Positions 12,017-24,532 of a DNA stretch of 64,000 bases are shown piece after piece (position 1 is the stretch's first letter; the number at the start of each line of letters is the position of its first letter). The DNA lies in the NCBI GenBank assembly GCA_000708835.1, contig DF237397.1, positions 10,262-74,261 on the forward strand, read 5' to 3'. The translations under genes were made by a program, and so were the position numbers. Source of the DNA: Klebsormidium nitens (Eukaryota > Plantae > Klebsormidiophyceae). Below the pieces are notes generated by a model. That model worked only from the letters and a program-made list of their open reading frames with translations. It was not told where the DNA came from and made no database searches.

Positions 12017-12750
12017 TTTACATTACAATTTTAATACAAATACACATGTGCAAAACACAAATTCACAAGGGAGTGCACCCTGCAAAGAAGCTGGTTCAAG
12101 AAGCATTCGCGGGCGCAGGGTGCAAGCGCAATTGAACTGTGCAGGCCACATGCGCACATCACAATGCGGGTTGTGCTGGATGGGGCATCTTTCGTTAGAG
12201 AGCTAAGTACATAAATGCTGCACAGAAAGATGGTTGCGAGGGGTCAAGAGTCTGAGACGGGGTGCAGGATAAAGCTTAGTGGCCAGCACTCAAGTTTCAG
12301 AGCTCGATCATCAATTCTTTCATAACAGTCCTGCGACCGGCATCGTGCTTAGAAAGGTGAGCTTCTATCAGCGCTCTCCTTGCAACAAAATAGAGCTGGT
12401 AGTAACAGGATAACATTCCCCCAATTGTCGGAATTACACAAGCTACGACAGGACCAAATTGCATTGTCTTTGTATGTTTATTCTTATGCCAGGGGTCTTC
12501 AATCGGTCCAGATCATTCATTTCAGGTCCTTTGTGGAATCAGCAATGCATTCAGCTACGGTACAGAAGCGTGTATTCAACTTGCCTACTGTATGCTCAGC
12601 CTGTGTCTTCAAAGGAAACAGGACCAGCTAGGCCCAAACCTAGTCAAAACCTTACACAAAAGAAATTGTAAAGAAACGGGATTGTTTTGATACAGGTAAA
12701 CACACGCCAACTGATGCGCTGAAAGGCGTCAAGCAGCCCTTCTGACAATC

Positions 12751-15700
12751 ATGGGGTTCTTTGTATCTGCATTCCTGTCTTTGATAGGCTACGGATGGGG
12801 CCTTGCTCTAGGTCTCATAGCAGGCTACCTTTACTACCTGCATCCAACAACCAAGGCCGAAAAGGTAAGGTTAAGAGCCGTGTTCTGAATCAAGTCTGGT
12901 TACACTTCCCCTTTTCAGGGTTGATCGGGGTGAAGTCTGACTCAGTTCAGCAAGTAAGCCATAGAATTCCTTTTGCAGGCGGCTATCGCTGCCACCTTTG
13001 AAACCTCGAAAGATGTTGTGCAGCCCCATAGACAAAATGATGTCTCCAGCTTTTACACAAGTCCATTGCTCTCAGTGTAGCTATTATGAAAGTGGGCCCC
13101 TACAGAGGGCATAGGGTCTCCTCGCTGCCACCGGATTGTCAGATGAGATTTAAAACATTCTTCTTGATAATTGTTCTCTGTTTGACTTGAGGAACTGGCT
13201 CCTACTTCATCTGGATGTCAGTAATTCCACAAAACATATGCATGTTCATCCAACTACCAGACATGTTAGTGCTGACTCGCTCATTAGTTTTAACGGAACG
13301 CGTACCCTCTACCTTGACAAGGTCTGGCCCAGTTGAGAAAGTGTCTTCTCTGGTTGCTGGTTGCGATGCTCACCTACTTAGCTTGTCGAATACAGCCATA
13401 ACCTAGCCCTCCCCCCTCCTCACAACCCTCAGCAGAACAAGAACTACGATCTCTCTGTTGAGGCACACCATCACTTGTTCCAAAGCCAATGAAGACGAAA
13501 TCAGGGGCTGTCATTTCCATCGAAGCCCATGGCAGCCACAGCACTGACTCTCAGGACTTCAAAGTGCACCCTGTCAGGATAAGGCATACCCAAAGGCGGT
13601 CTGACGCCGTATGGTGAGACAGTTTGTAAGTCCTAAGAAATTACCCCAATGACAACCACAACACCAGTGATATCTCCTCTTCAGACCTGTCTCCCATTGT
13701 GTTCTGCAGCCCAAGAAGCCAAAACTTCAGCGGGCAAGGACGCTCAGCCCCTCTATACTCAAAAGCGCCATGAACCAGATTCCCGCTTGGACGATGTACC
13801 CTGATTGGGATAGGGTGAGCTTTGTTGGTATTTCCTTGTTTTGGATGCTCTATGCTCGATTGTATCATCCGTTGGATTACCTTTTGTTACCAGATCAGGG
13901 CCAGAATCGTCGAAACCAGAATATTTGCACTTCACCTTTGCAAGGCCTTCCACTCACATACACTTGATTTACAGGCTTTATGATACAACGGCACCGAACA
14001 GATAGTTCGCAGGGACTTAGAAGGATCCTTCCGGTTAGTATTACATGGTACCAAAAGAGGGGGTGTGCTCACCGGGAATGGGCCTGCCATTTGGCTGTGG
14101 TCAGGCTGAGGGTACACAAATCGGGTCCCCCAGTCTATGGGTAGAGAGTTTACCCCATGAGCATCTAATTCTCGACGTCAAGGTTCAGAGAAAGAGGCAC
14201 GTGTTCCACTCCCTCCTTTAGTAGTGCTCGTAGTTCGCCTTGACTCGTCAGTTTCGGTTGGATCCGGTCGGGGCAGGGACTGGGCTCTTCCGCACTTGAT
14301 GCCAACTGCTGATAGTTGAAGTCTTATACCAAGTTGCGGAACTCCTCTTATCAAACCCTTTCTGGCAGTCTGCTGAAACTCTGAGTATGGTTGTCTACCT
14401 TCTTCGCAGACCAGTTTTCTCAACAAGGCAGCCAGTAAGCTATGGCCATACCTAGACACCGCCGTTCGAGACACCGTCTACGAGATGGTCCCGCCAATCA
14501 TTGAGCAATACCGCCCCAAGCAGATTACCAAGATTGAGATCGAGGAGCTTTCGCTGGGGGACTTTCCGGCCACTCTCGAAGGTATGTGGTCGTGTTACAC
14601 ATACTGCATGATCAGCTCCCTGAAATTCCGGCCCTTCAACTACGAACGACGATGGAAGATTGTTTTGAACTCGGCTAGTCCAAATCTGTGCAACTTTGGG
14701 TGTACTTCCACGTCAAAGTCTCTGACATATGCAGGGGCAACAAAGGCGGCCAAACATTTCCGTCTTTCCTTCACCTTCCGAAGTCTGGGGGACGTCTGGA
14801 TTCCTGATTAGTCGCTTCTCTGGTAACGGAAGAATTCTTTCTTCGGCAGTAGCTTGGAACCTTCAACATCTCTTAAGGCTGTAAATTTCGATGCTGCGGA
14901 TATATGGCAAGCTCAGATTGGAAGGCGGACGGTTGCGCCAGTAAATGTTCACGCCACCATGCATAGAAGCCCTTTATCAAAGCTTCCGATGCTTCCGCAG
15001 GCACTAAGGGTATTTTAGTAGGAAGGATGTCAAAAGAACTGTGAAGAGCACACAAGCTTGACTATTCAGCTACTTCCACAGGCGCTAAAGCGTTTGACAC
15101 GGTGGATAACTTAAAGGCCATACACGATTGACTCTTGAAATGCTTCTGCAGGCGCTAAAGTGTTTGATACAGTGGATGACGAGATGATTGTCGAGACGAC
15201 ACTGAAATGGGCGAGCAACGGGAGGGCAAGGGTCGGGGTCCATGCGTTTGGCCTCAAGCTAACTGTAGAGGTAAGATCGGAGTTCCACCCACTCTTCACA
15301 CAGTAGTACCCCGTCTCACGTTGATGCAACTACGTTGATATGGCCGACCGTATCGTCCATATTCTAACGCCTTTTTGGCTTTCGGGCTGCTCTTACAGGC
15401 GTCGAGTACTCCCTGTCGTCCCTTGTCTGAACAAGGTTACTTGCCGGATTATTCAGCAGAATTTAAACAAGCCTGGAATCTCCGGACGCATCTCGGTATG
15501 TTCGGACATTTGTCGACGTTCCAGACGGCTCCTGCAGGCGTCCGAGTCGTAACAGAGCTTCCTTCTCGAGAGCCAGTTGCACGATATCAGGCTAGGTTGC
15601 CTGAAAATTTAGCACGTATCCAATATTCTCGAACAACCGGGACAAATCTGGATACGTCCGAATTTTCATCAGCGGATCGGACGGCGTCCGAGCCCTCGCA

Positions 15701-18700
15701 GACAATCCTTCCCAAGAGCGTCGGGTGCATGTGATCATAACAAAATGCCTTGAAAGACAATCTTCCAACGAATTATGATAATCTGCACAGAATCGGACCC
15801 ATTCGGACAACTCTTTGACCTTTTGAACGGCCCCTGCAGGCGTCCGAGTTCTGGCTGTCCGTCCCCGTCCGCGCCACGTTCCGCCCGCTCGTGCCCGTCT
15901 TCCCCTGCTTCTCCAGCATCCGCGTCACCATGCCCAACAAGCCACGTGTCGACTTCTCGTTGAAGATCGGCGGGGCTGACGTCATGGCTATCCCAGGGCT
16001 CCTTCAGATCGTGCAGGTGGGGGGACATGCAGCTTTTCGTTATCGGTGTTGTAGAACGTTGAAGCACGCTCTGAGTGTTTTCGAAGGTCGATTCTGCTGA
16101 CGTCATGGTCATTCCCGGCCTCTCGGGGTCGTACATAGTCGTTTGTAAAGTCGCAAACGTTTTCGTCGCTTCTCAGAGGGTCGGAGGATCGGATTCGCCG
16201 ACTTTTTCAGACGAGCTGAATGCAATCAACTGCTGCAGGTGACAAGCGTTTCTTATGTTCCGACGATCAGCGCGTTCGGTGAAATGAGCCGCCGCACTTG
16301 AGCAAGTGGTTTTCATCTCCCAATGAAGACTGTGTTGAGCAGTTTGTTTGGGTCTCGAGTTGTCGTACTGGAGGACTAACGTGTCCAGATTCTGTTGGCG
16401 TTGCTGATGTCAGGGCCATCGGAATTCGGCTTGTTTGAAGCCTCTCCTTGTCAAATCCATCCTGAGCCTCTTTCTGCTTCTTTGATCCCCTCTTATCAAT
16501 GTGGATCAAAGGCCTCTGTTAAGCTTCCTTGGTCATTAGTCCAATATACGCCGCTTGCTTATTGGTTCCTTTTGTAATTAATCACTGTGTAGTACAAAAC
16601 TGGACATCAAATGCACGCAGCAGAGTGTCACGATTGATATCCGCAAAGGGCACTCACTACTTTCTTTTGTGCTCTTGCGTTCGAAGTGCGTGTGTGGAGC
16701 GCAGAAGCGGAGGCACAGAAGCTTCATTAGTTTGTCACACATCAAACAGCTGCAAAATCAACTGCAGGTCAGTAAAAGGTCAGTGACTGTCCTGGTCGCG
16801 ATTGAACGCCTGCACGCTGACATTTGCTGACGTCGTACTGACGTGGCAGGACCAAATACGGCAAGCAGTGGCGCAGCTCTTCCTCTTCCCGCAGTCGATG
16901 GAGGTCTACACCATCGAGATGGGCTCGTAAGTCGTTCAGGTTACGAATTACGGGTTTACGGGTCACGGGTTTCGTTCGGGCAGTTACCAAAACTGCAGAC
17001 ACCTAAGGTTCACCGTCGACCGAAAAGTACTAGGCTCACCAGCTTGGCATCTCCGGTCCGCGTACAGCTTTTGTACACTGCTTCTCTGGCGAAATCCTGT
17101 ACTAGGTCTGTACATTTTATGCTACGTGATTGATTGAAGCATTTTGATTGCTCCGGAGGGCCGAGGATGAGCGCTCACCCATTTCGGAACCTACCCTCTT
17201 TTTCGACTTAAAGCTTGTTCCATCAGTACAAGCAAAAGTAGCTCTGTCCCTTGTGTCTACGACAATGTAATCGAGCTTGAAGTCGGCACTGCGGTCTTGG
17301 ATATCGTAGCAACGTTGCGATACTGCTAAAGGAGACTATTTTTGACTCGTTTGGCCAGCCAAAGAGGACAATAGCAATTGCTTCGGGGATTGTGGACAAG
17401 AGCCAGATTCGATTGTCCAGGCACCTTTTCCGTTGAGTGGAGACTGCATATATTGCAATGACGTGTTGAACCACGGATTCCAAGGGGCAGCTTGAATTGA
17501 CTCTCAGAATCTCTTGATCTTCATCCTTGAAACAAATAAGACGAGCGCTTTCAAGATTCTTTGAGGACACTGGGCCATCCCGAAAACGTTTCTCGATGAG
17601 TTCCCAAGTCACCGTCCAAGTTACTGCAGCCAAATCATCACCGGGAAACCAGTACTTTCCCCTCAGTTGATGGATGTACCACACCTTCATATCTATGAGA
17701 ATCCATCTATCAAGCTGCCGTCTTTCTTCGCTTACAGAACGACTCAAAGACCGACTGGCGCGTTGTACGTCAAACTGATCGAGGGCAAGGACCTGAAGAA
17801 GACGGACGTGTTTGGGACTTCAGATCCGTTTGTGGAGTTGTGGCTAGACGGCAGTAAACGATACACTAGCGACGTGAGTAGTCTATTTGCTTTTTCTGGT
17901 CTCCCTTTTCTCTGTCAGCTAGTGGTACTTCCGTTCCGGTTTCCACCTGTTCTTGCGCTTGAAGCCAAGAACAAACCAATTCAGGTTGCTTCCATCATAT
18001 TTAGATTCTGGTTGTGTCATCCCTTTGTGGGGCCTTTCGGTAAAAGCCAGCAATCCCCTTTTCGGTCGTTCATATTTTGTCATTGCACCTTCTGTTCCGT
18101 AATCACGATAGACATCTCTGTCTTTATGAGAAGATCAAACATCCTGTCGTTCGAGCCTCTGATTCTCAAATTTGGGACGGCAGTAAAGCTCACTCAAGAA
18201 TACTAAGGTTTCACCGTACTTCCTATCTCACTTGTTTTGCTTGCTGTCCTTTTCTTGCCTCTGTGCTCTTTTCGCCTTACTTCACTTTTCCCTTTCGAGA
18301 TTTTAACCGCTTCTATTACCGCCCTTTTAGTGAGCGTCCAATATCTTAGGAGCCCTTTGGCGATCTATGCGATCAGATTCTGAGTTGGAGATACATCTAG
18401 TGAGTTCTCGGGTTGCAAAAATCGCACGTTGAACATTCAGCGGACAGTAGCAAGGATCATACATTGCTTTGCGCTAGTGATGCGCTTTTTCCTACGCTCT
18501 CATTCCATTTACCACTTTCCAGAGGCGCTTCGGCAACGCAAAAACAATCTAGTGTGTCAGATGCGTTTTCTAATGCAAGCGTTCTCTGTTTCAGGTCAAG
18601 CACAATACGCTCAACCCAAAGTGGAACCAGATGTTCAACTTCCTGGTTCGTGATCCGACCAACGAACGGCTCACGATACAGCTGTTGGATCGGGACAAAG

Positions 18701-21700
18701 TGGGGTCAAAGAAAGTAAGTTCGACCTAACCCGAAACTAGCACACAGTTACGTCATTTAGAAACCGTGAGTATGTAAAGCCTTGTCTTCTCTTAATGTTC
18801 CTCCGCTAGATTCGGTTTCACTGAGTACAGGAAGAAATCAAACTGGGGGCCTGAAATGGAGGCTGACTGTCCGGATGTCGAAGCTTTTATGGAGAACCGA
18901 ATGTCACAGCCTTCAAGTCTTGTTGAGCAATTTTTTTAATGTCCTACTAACATGAGGGTTGTACGCTGCCTCGTCTAGATATCAAGAGTGGTCTTGATGA
19001 TTGTACGAACGTGGCTTGCCTATTGAAGTCGATTTGGATTGTCGCTAGCCGGAAAAGAGTTTTAAACCGCACTTTTGAGATTCTTGAACCGGAATTGAGT
19101 CTCTCTCATACTGAGGCCTATTCTTGATCCTTAAATATCAGATCCAACTTTTATTTCGCGCTGAAATTTCCAATATGGGACCACATGCGCAGTCTACCTT
19201 CAGTGTAACATACAGCTCAGAATCGCAAATGCCTCGATCGCCCTATTCTAGAATTCATTGAAGGAGCGTGAATGCTTCGAGGAACAACAGGGGTCTATGC
19301 TGGAGCTGAGACCCCTACTTCATGTAGACGATGTCTACTTCAAAACCGAGACGCGGCAGAGAAAATGATAGAATCGACGACTTGAGTAAAGGGAATGAAA
19401 AACCGCGCAGTCCAAACTAAGACAGGACGTACTTTTTCAGGTGGCGATGTGTCAAATCGACTTTGCGGACCTAGAGCCCAACGAGTTGCGCGACTATTGG
19501 CTGGACCTGAAGAAGGATCTGGAAGGCGACGCAAACCCCAAAAACGCAAAGTTCCGTGGGAAGCTCCACCTAGAAGTTGAATACCGTCCGTTTGCCGGGG
19601 AAGATTTGGATCCGGTTGAGGTGGGCGGAGTGGTGGGCGGAACGGACGGAACGGAGATGATACAACCGGACGTGGAAATTCCGCAGGGGGGCGGGCTGCT
19701 TTCCATTACGATAGGGCAGGGGATCGATTTGATGCCGGTCGATCGGGGCACGTGTAATGCGTACGTGGAGTTCAAGTTTAGGAACGAGTTGCACATAACC
19801 AAGGTGGGAAGATCTTACTCGTTTCGCCTTCCATCCCTCGTTTCGTCTGACACTTGCGTACTTATTCTCCTTGAGGCCAGATCGACGAGAGCTCTAATAG
19901 AAAATCTCTGCTGCTTCGGCTTTCTCCGTGAGGGCGGAATGCTTTTCTGCCGTGTCATTTCACTAGTTACAACCTGTATTGCTGACGAGTGTCTAAGCTG
20001 AGAGACGCGATACGCTTTCGCCGCTCGAGGGCGTCTGCGCTCCTACTCTCTTTCCTTTTTTTGTGGTAAGTTACGCAGCTGAGGCCTGCGGCCTAGAAAT
20101 GGTGGTGTCATGCTCGTTTGTTCTAGAGCTGAATAGTGATTTGTTCTCGATTCACGTTCTTGGGTGCGACGTACCTTACCAGGCTGAGGTTTGCCATTCA
20201 AGCGCCTATCCGTTTTCCGGTCCTGGAAGCGGCGATGCTTCCTGAATAGCCGTCACAATCTGTCCGACTAGGGCCGTTTCAATTGTTCAAGAGGGAGATT
20301 CTCAAACGCCTTTCCCTACTAACGATTTATGCAGGGACACAGTTCCGAGAGGGTTAGTCTTCTCCAAACCCCATCAGTTGATGTGCAATAGCATAAGCAA
20401 AGCACCAAGGAAATGGTTTATTAAGCTAGCCGACGTTCTGCCGATGACCCACGCGACTAGTCGGCCTGTACAACTGGCAGGACGTGGAGCGTCTAATCTC
20501 GTTGAATGGGTGTAAGAACCTGCAAGGTTACTTCGTGTACGGCTTTTACCGACCGGCATGGTAGGATTCCGAATGTTCGAAAATGATAATTAATGAAGAA
20601 ATACGACCGATTTTGGCGACTTTTTTAACGAATGCGACCCTGAATCCGAATCTCCCCTGGAGGACCATCCGAGCACCTTTTCGCCCCTGAAAACCCGCTT
20701 CTGGAGTGACCGGTTGATACTTGTTACTTTCCGACCGTGCTCGACCAATTTTTTTCTGAATCCGAATGATCATTTTCCAAACCAAAAATCGGATTTCTAG
20801 CTTTCCGATAGGCAAATCAATATTTAACCATTCGGAATCATACCTTGCCGGAACAGTATTTGACCCGGTTGCGAACTCAGTTTGCAAGCAACCCACTGAT
20901 CAAACCAATGCCTCTGCTATGCAGGACGTGAAGAAAGACACGAACCCAGACTGGGGCGAGCACTTCCAGATTCTGTGCGACAGCCCGCCGCGGGACGAGT
21001 TTCTGTTCATCCGGGTGTGGCATCGCAACCGGGGGAAGGATAAGCTATTGCGGGCGATGACGAACATCAAGCATCTTGTGAAGGCCAACATTGAGGGCAA
21101 GGTAAGAAGGGCTGAGGCATCGCTACGTTGCGAGCAGCCTGCATAGTCTTTCTGCGGAAAGTCAGGGGTGTCCTTTTTCGAAATCTCTTTCTGGCTGCTG
21201 TAAGAGGGGGCGTTCCGCCACGTGGCTCTTGGGCGGACACACAGTCCTGGACCTGGGACTAAGTTTTGCCGTGGACTTGTTACTGCGTGCACTTTCGGGC
21301 GACCATCAGAGCGGAGCTTCGCCTTGAATTGTCGCCTTAGGGTACCGGGTCTACTGACGCCTTTTTTTGAATTGTGGCCTGTGAAGTCTTCTCTTGCGCA
21401 TGCGGGAATCTATGAGAGCTGAGGTCACTTCAGAAAGGTCAGGCGCAGCTTTGCGGCATTCTCAAGAGACCAACGTCACATTTTCTGCAACAGCTTTCCA
21501 GTTTCGATTAAACGCAACGTCTTTGGGGGCCACTGTGTATGCGCAAACGCTTGCTGGATATTTGCTCAGTTGCTCGACGCACTTGCAAGAATACTGGGCC
21601 CTCTTGGCAGAATCACTTGCCAAAAGTCAGGTCAGAATGGGAGCGCACGTGTTTGAGTTGGAAATATACCCCTGCAGATACATATACCTTCAAATTCCTC

Positions 21701-22025
21701 TTTCGCTGTTGTTGGATGCATCTGCCTAGTACGGCTGTGAGCGCTGCCTTCGTTTGAGCATGTGTAAGGAAGCCTCAACGAGTTGCTTTAGACCCCATGA
21801 ATATAGCAACGGTCGAGAGCGGCCAGATTCATTGGCGTTTGAAAGTACCATCAGGCAGCGCTCTGACATAAGCTTTTGCCTGTGCAGAAATCTCTGGGCG
21901 ATTGCATGATCAATCTCTCCGATGTAGTCAACAACAGGAGGATCAACGACGTGTACCAACTTGAGCACACCAAAAAGGGGTCGATCAAGGTTGAGTTACA
22001 GTGGCTCACGACAGGTCAAAACTAG
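12751..22025 (+). CDS. SYT: Plant-type synaptotagmin (N-terminal TM, SMP domain, C2A, C2B), about 565 aa, 11 exons
   Basis: Phase-consistent exons 12751-12864 (MGFFVSAFLSLIGYGWGLALGLIAGYLYYL), 13710-13814 (IPAWTMYPDWDR), 14410-14581 (FLNKAASKLWPYLD...LSLGDFP), 15152-15270, 15840-16016 (LVPVFPCFSSI...PRVDFSLKIGGADVMAIPGL), 16850-16926, 17738-17873 (GALYVKLIEGKDLKKTDVFGTSDPFV), 18595-18714 (NTLNPKWNQMFNF), 19441-19803, 20925-21101 (DTNPDWGEHF), 21888-22025 (GSIKVELQW..., TAG). Total 1698 nt. Confidence 0.93.
14990..16140 (+). repeat. Degenerate splice-junction copies in synaptotagmin introns
   Basis: Exon 4 acceptor (cag|GCGCTAAAGTGTTTGATAC, 15152) is echoed near 15000 and 15081. Exon 5 acceptor (cag|GCGTCCGAG, 15840) is echoed near 15397, 15537 and 15682. 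The exon 5 3' end (GACGTCATGGCTATCCCAGG) is echoed near 16099. Confidence 0.75.
20553..20851. mobile_element. MITE-like element (about 300 bp) in synaptotagmin intron 9
   Basis: 24-bp terminal inverted repeats CCGGCATGGTAGGATTCCGAATGT / CCATTCGGAATCATACCTTGCCGG with 3 mismatches and an AT-rich interior. Confidence 0.65.
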
Positions 22026-22732
22026 GACCCTTGAGAAGAGGCTCGCTACTGGTCTACAGAATATTGTTATTTGAGGAGTTGTTTTTAGAATATGACCCGG
22101 CTTGCTGGTCCACTTACAGAAGCCTTTGACATATAAACTTTGATTCACGTTATTTGATCTAAAATGGAGCAGGTAACGTTCAGTGAGTTCAGAGTGCCAC
22201 TGTAGACCGTTTGTGCTGGCCGGATTCTTCGTGGTTTGCGGATATATAGTATAGTCCAAACGATGTGTGTTTTGGCCCGTAGGTCCGGTTCAGAAGTGAC
22301 GGAAACATGGAGTCCGCAAAGAGAAATTGCTTGGAAAGAGCATTGCATGTCTATAGCTCTAACTTAATTTTGTCAATATGGCCATGATTATGCTATCCAT
22401 GGGATTTATGTACGCCAACGTATGAACAATAATCAGGGCGCGACCGTGCCAGAATCAGTGGTTGCAGTTGACCGTCGATGTTCGCTTTGAAGGCATGCTA
22501 GAGAAGCGAGCATGCGAGTCTCTAGCTGCATCCGGGATCAAATTTCAGATCGGGCTGCAGGGAACTCCTTCTATATGGCTAAGTTGGATCTTCCATCACA
22601 ACTTCACACTTTTTCTTCGCCCGCTGCATGGCTACGTACTAATACCGAAAAAACCATCTTTCTCGATCGAAGCACATTAAAATTGGAGCGAGCGGAGGCA
22701 CTAAAGATATTCTGGACCTCTCTCCTCGCGAG

Positions 22733-23699
22733 GCGCACTTGAGGCCTTTTGATTTTTTTATCTGCAATATATGAATAATCTGGCCACACGCAGCTCATCA
22801 TCAGGAGTCTGCGGACTGGCACACCGCTTTGGAGCGGATTTTCAAGTCAAGTTGCTAGTACTGATTCACTTGCATGGCTGCTAATGCAGCGGTGTACTGT
22901 GCCTAGAACGTTTCCGGACATGCCGTCACTTCATCTATGAGGGGAGCACCGGTGGTGGTGTCGACCGGCCCCTCCCGAGTGGTTGCGCTTCTCTTCTTGG
23001 CGACATATGGCCATGACAAATTAGGAGATGTTCGTTTGCGCCAGGCATCTGCAAATGCAGCAAAGTCATCTTCGGTGAGCTCGGCAAACGGTCTGTCATT
23101 TGGCAGTAATGCCAGACGGTCTCGAAAAAGAAGGCCTCGCTTTTTGATCACTTGGCATCTTGAGTGCCAACAGCGATGAAAGGATTCCGCTAGCAGAGTA
23201 TGCAATAGACGTCCAATCTTTAGTGAACACTTTGACAGTGACCGCACGAACGCCGACAATTCGCCGGCCGCCACACCCCCGACCCCCAGAATTTTGCGAA
23301 ACTTTTCACGCCAGCCGCCAGGCTGACCCCCCCGTAATTGAGAACAAAAAAACTTAAAACTGCGCTTATAACGCAGAATACGGCCTATTTTGGTAAGAAA
23401 TCAGCGCATATTCACTGTTGGTGTCTCATACGTATGTCAAGTAGGCTAAATCTACCACAATATATTGAAAACTGTTTTGGTATTTGCGGGCGGGTCCGCC
23501 CGGGGTACTTTACCCGGCTGCCGCCGCCGCCGCCGGACACCCGACCCGCTCGTCCACCGGGCACTTTCGCCAGCCGCCGACCCACCTCTCCGCCATTTCA
23601 ATTGTCGGCGTTCGTGCAGTGGCTGTAAAACTGTTATGAGACCACGCCTTACACGAAGAGATACAGAGCGGCTCGAGCCATTCTCGCGCACTTGAGGCC
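22733..23699 (-). mobile_element. Possible 5'-truncated retrotransposed insertion with a 14-bp target-site duplication
   Basis: The direct repeat GCGCACTTGAGGCC occurs at 22733-22746 and 23686-23699. A T-rich tract directly follows the left copy (an A-rich tail on the minus strand), and a minus-strand ORF fragment ends at 22903. Confidence 0.35.
23235..23626. mobile_element. MITE-like element (about 390 bp)
   Basis: Terminal inverted repeats ACAGTGACCGCACGAACGCCGACAATT / AATTGTCGGCGTTCGTGCAGTGGCTGT, with a perfect inner match (GCACGAACGCCGACAATT). Confidence 0.7.
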
Positions 23700-23900
23700 G
23701 CTTGCAGCACAATCTGCCTCCCAGCGTACCAACGCTGAGGGTAAACGAGACTACATTTACCGGTACTTGAATACCATACTACCGGAATTTTCTGTAAGCT
23801 TTACGTCACACACTCAGGACTGAGCTTTATAGTGGCAGACGTCACATCACACGCGTAATAATACCGTCCGGCGTCACCGTCCCCATGCTGGATTCGCACT

Positions 23901-24412
23901 AAGGGTACCGTCATTTTGTACCTGGTACCCCCCCATATTTAATTGGGGGGGGGGGGCTCGAGGCCTCAGTGGTGACGCAGGGTGGAGGGGGGGGGGGGGC
24001 TTGGGGGCATTCTGAGAATCAGGGCCCCCATGGGGGGAAGGCTTGAGGCTTCCCGAGCGGGGGGTCTTATGAGCGGCGTTCACCAACATATCTTTGTGTT
24101 TGTCCCTCAAAATGAGCATCAAAAGTGTCAAAGTGGTTCGCAAACTTCAAAGAGCTGCCCTGCGGGGCTAACTAGCTTTCAAAAAGCGAGGGATATATAC
24201 GAGCATTTGCCAAAACCATACAGGCAAAAATTTCAAAAAAACGGGTTTCTGGCTTTGGCTTCACTGCCCTCTTATGCAGCAGGGCCTAGGGGGGGGGGGG
24301 CTTGGGGCCTCTCGGCGCAGCCGAGGCCCCCCAGGGGTCCTGGCAAGGGGCAACTTCCGAAAATGGTCGATTTAAATATGGGGGGTACCAATTACAAAAT
24401 GACGGTACCCTT
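23901..24412. mobile_element. MITE-like element (about 512 bp), possibly PIF/Harbinger-related
   Basis: Near-perfect terminal inverted repeats of about 41 bp, AAGGGTACCGTCATTTTGTA..TGGTACCCCCCCATATTTAA and its reverse complement at about 24372-24412. TA/TTA-rich flanks, G-homopolymers inside, no credible ORF. Confidence 0.8.
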
Positions 24413-24501
24413 TAAACTGCTGGGATTCTCCAGAATTCGGCCCGCCCCCAGGCTTGAAGCTGAGGTTTGAACAGTGACCATTGGCATGAGGGACCATTTC
24501 A

Positions 24502-24532
24502 ATCTCTCTTTCTCTCTCTCTCTCTTTCTCAA
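24502..24532 (+). repeat. Short CT microsatellite upstream of the first GLR gene
   Basis: ATCTCTCTTTCTCTCTCTCTCTCTTTCTC. CT tracts are common in plant 5' UTRs, but that role here is inference. Confidence 0.6.
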
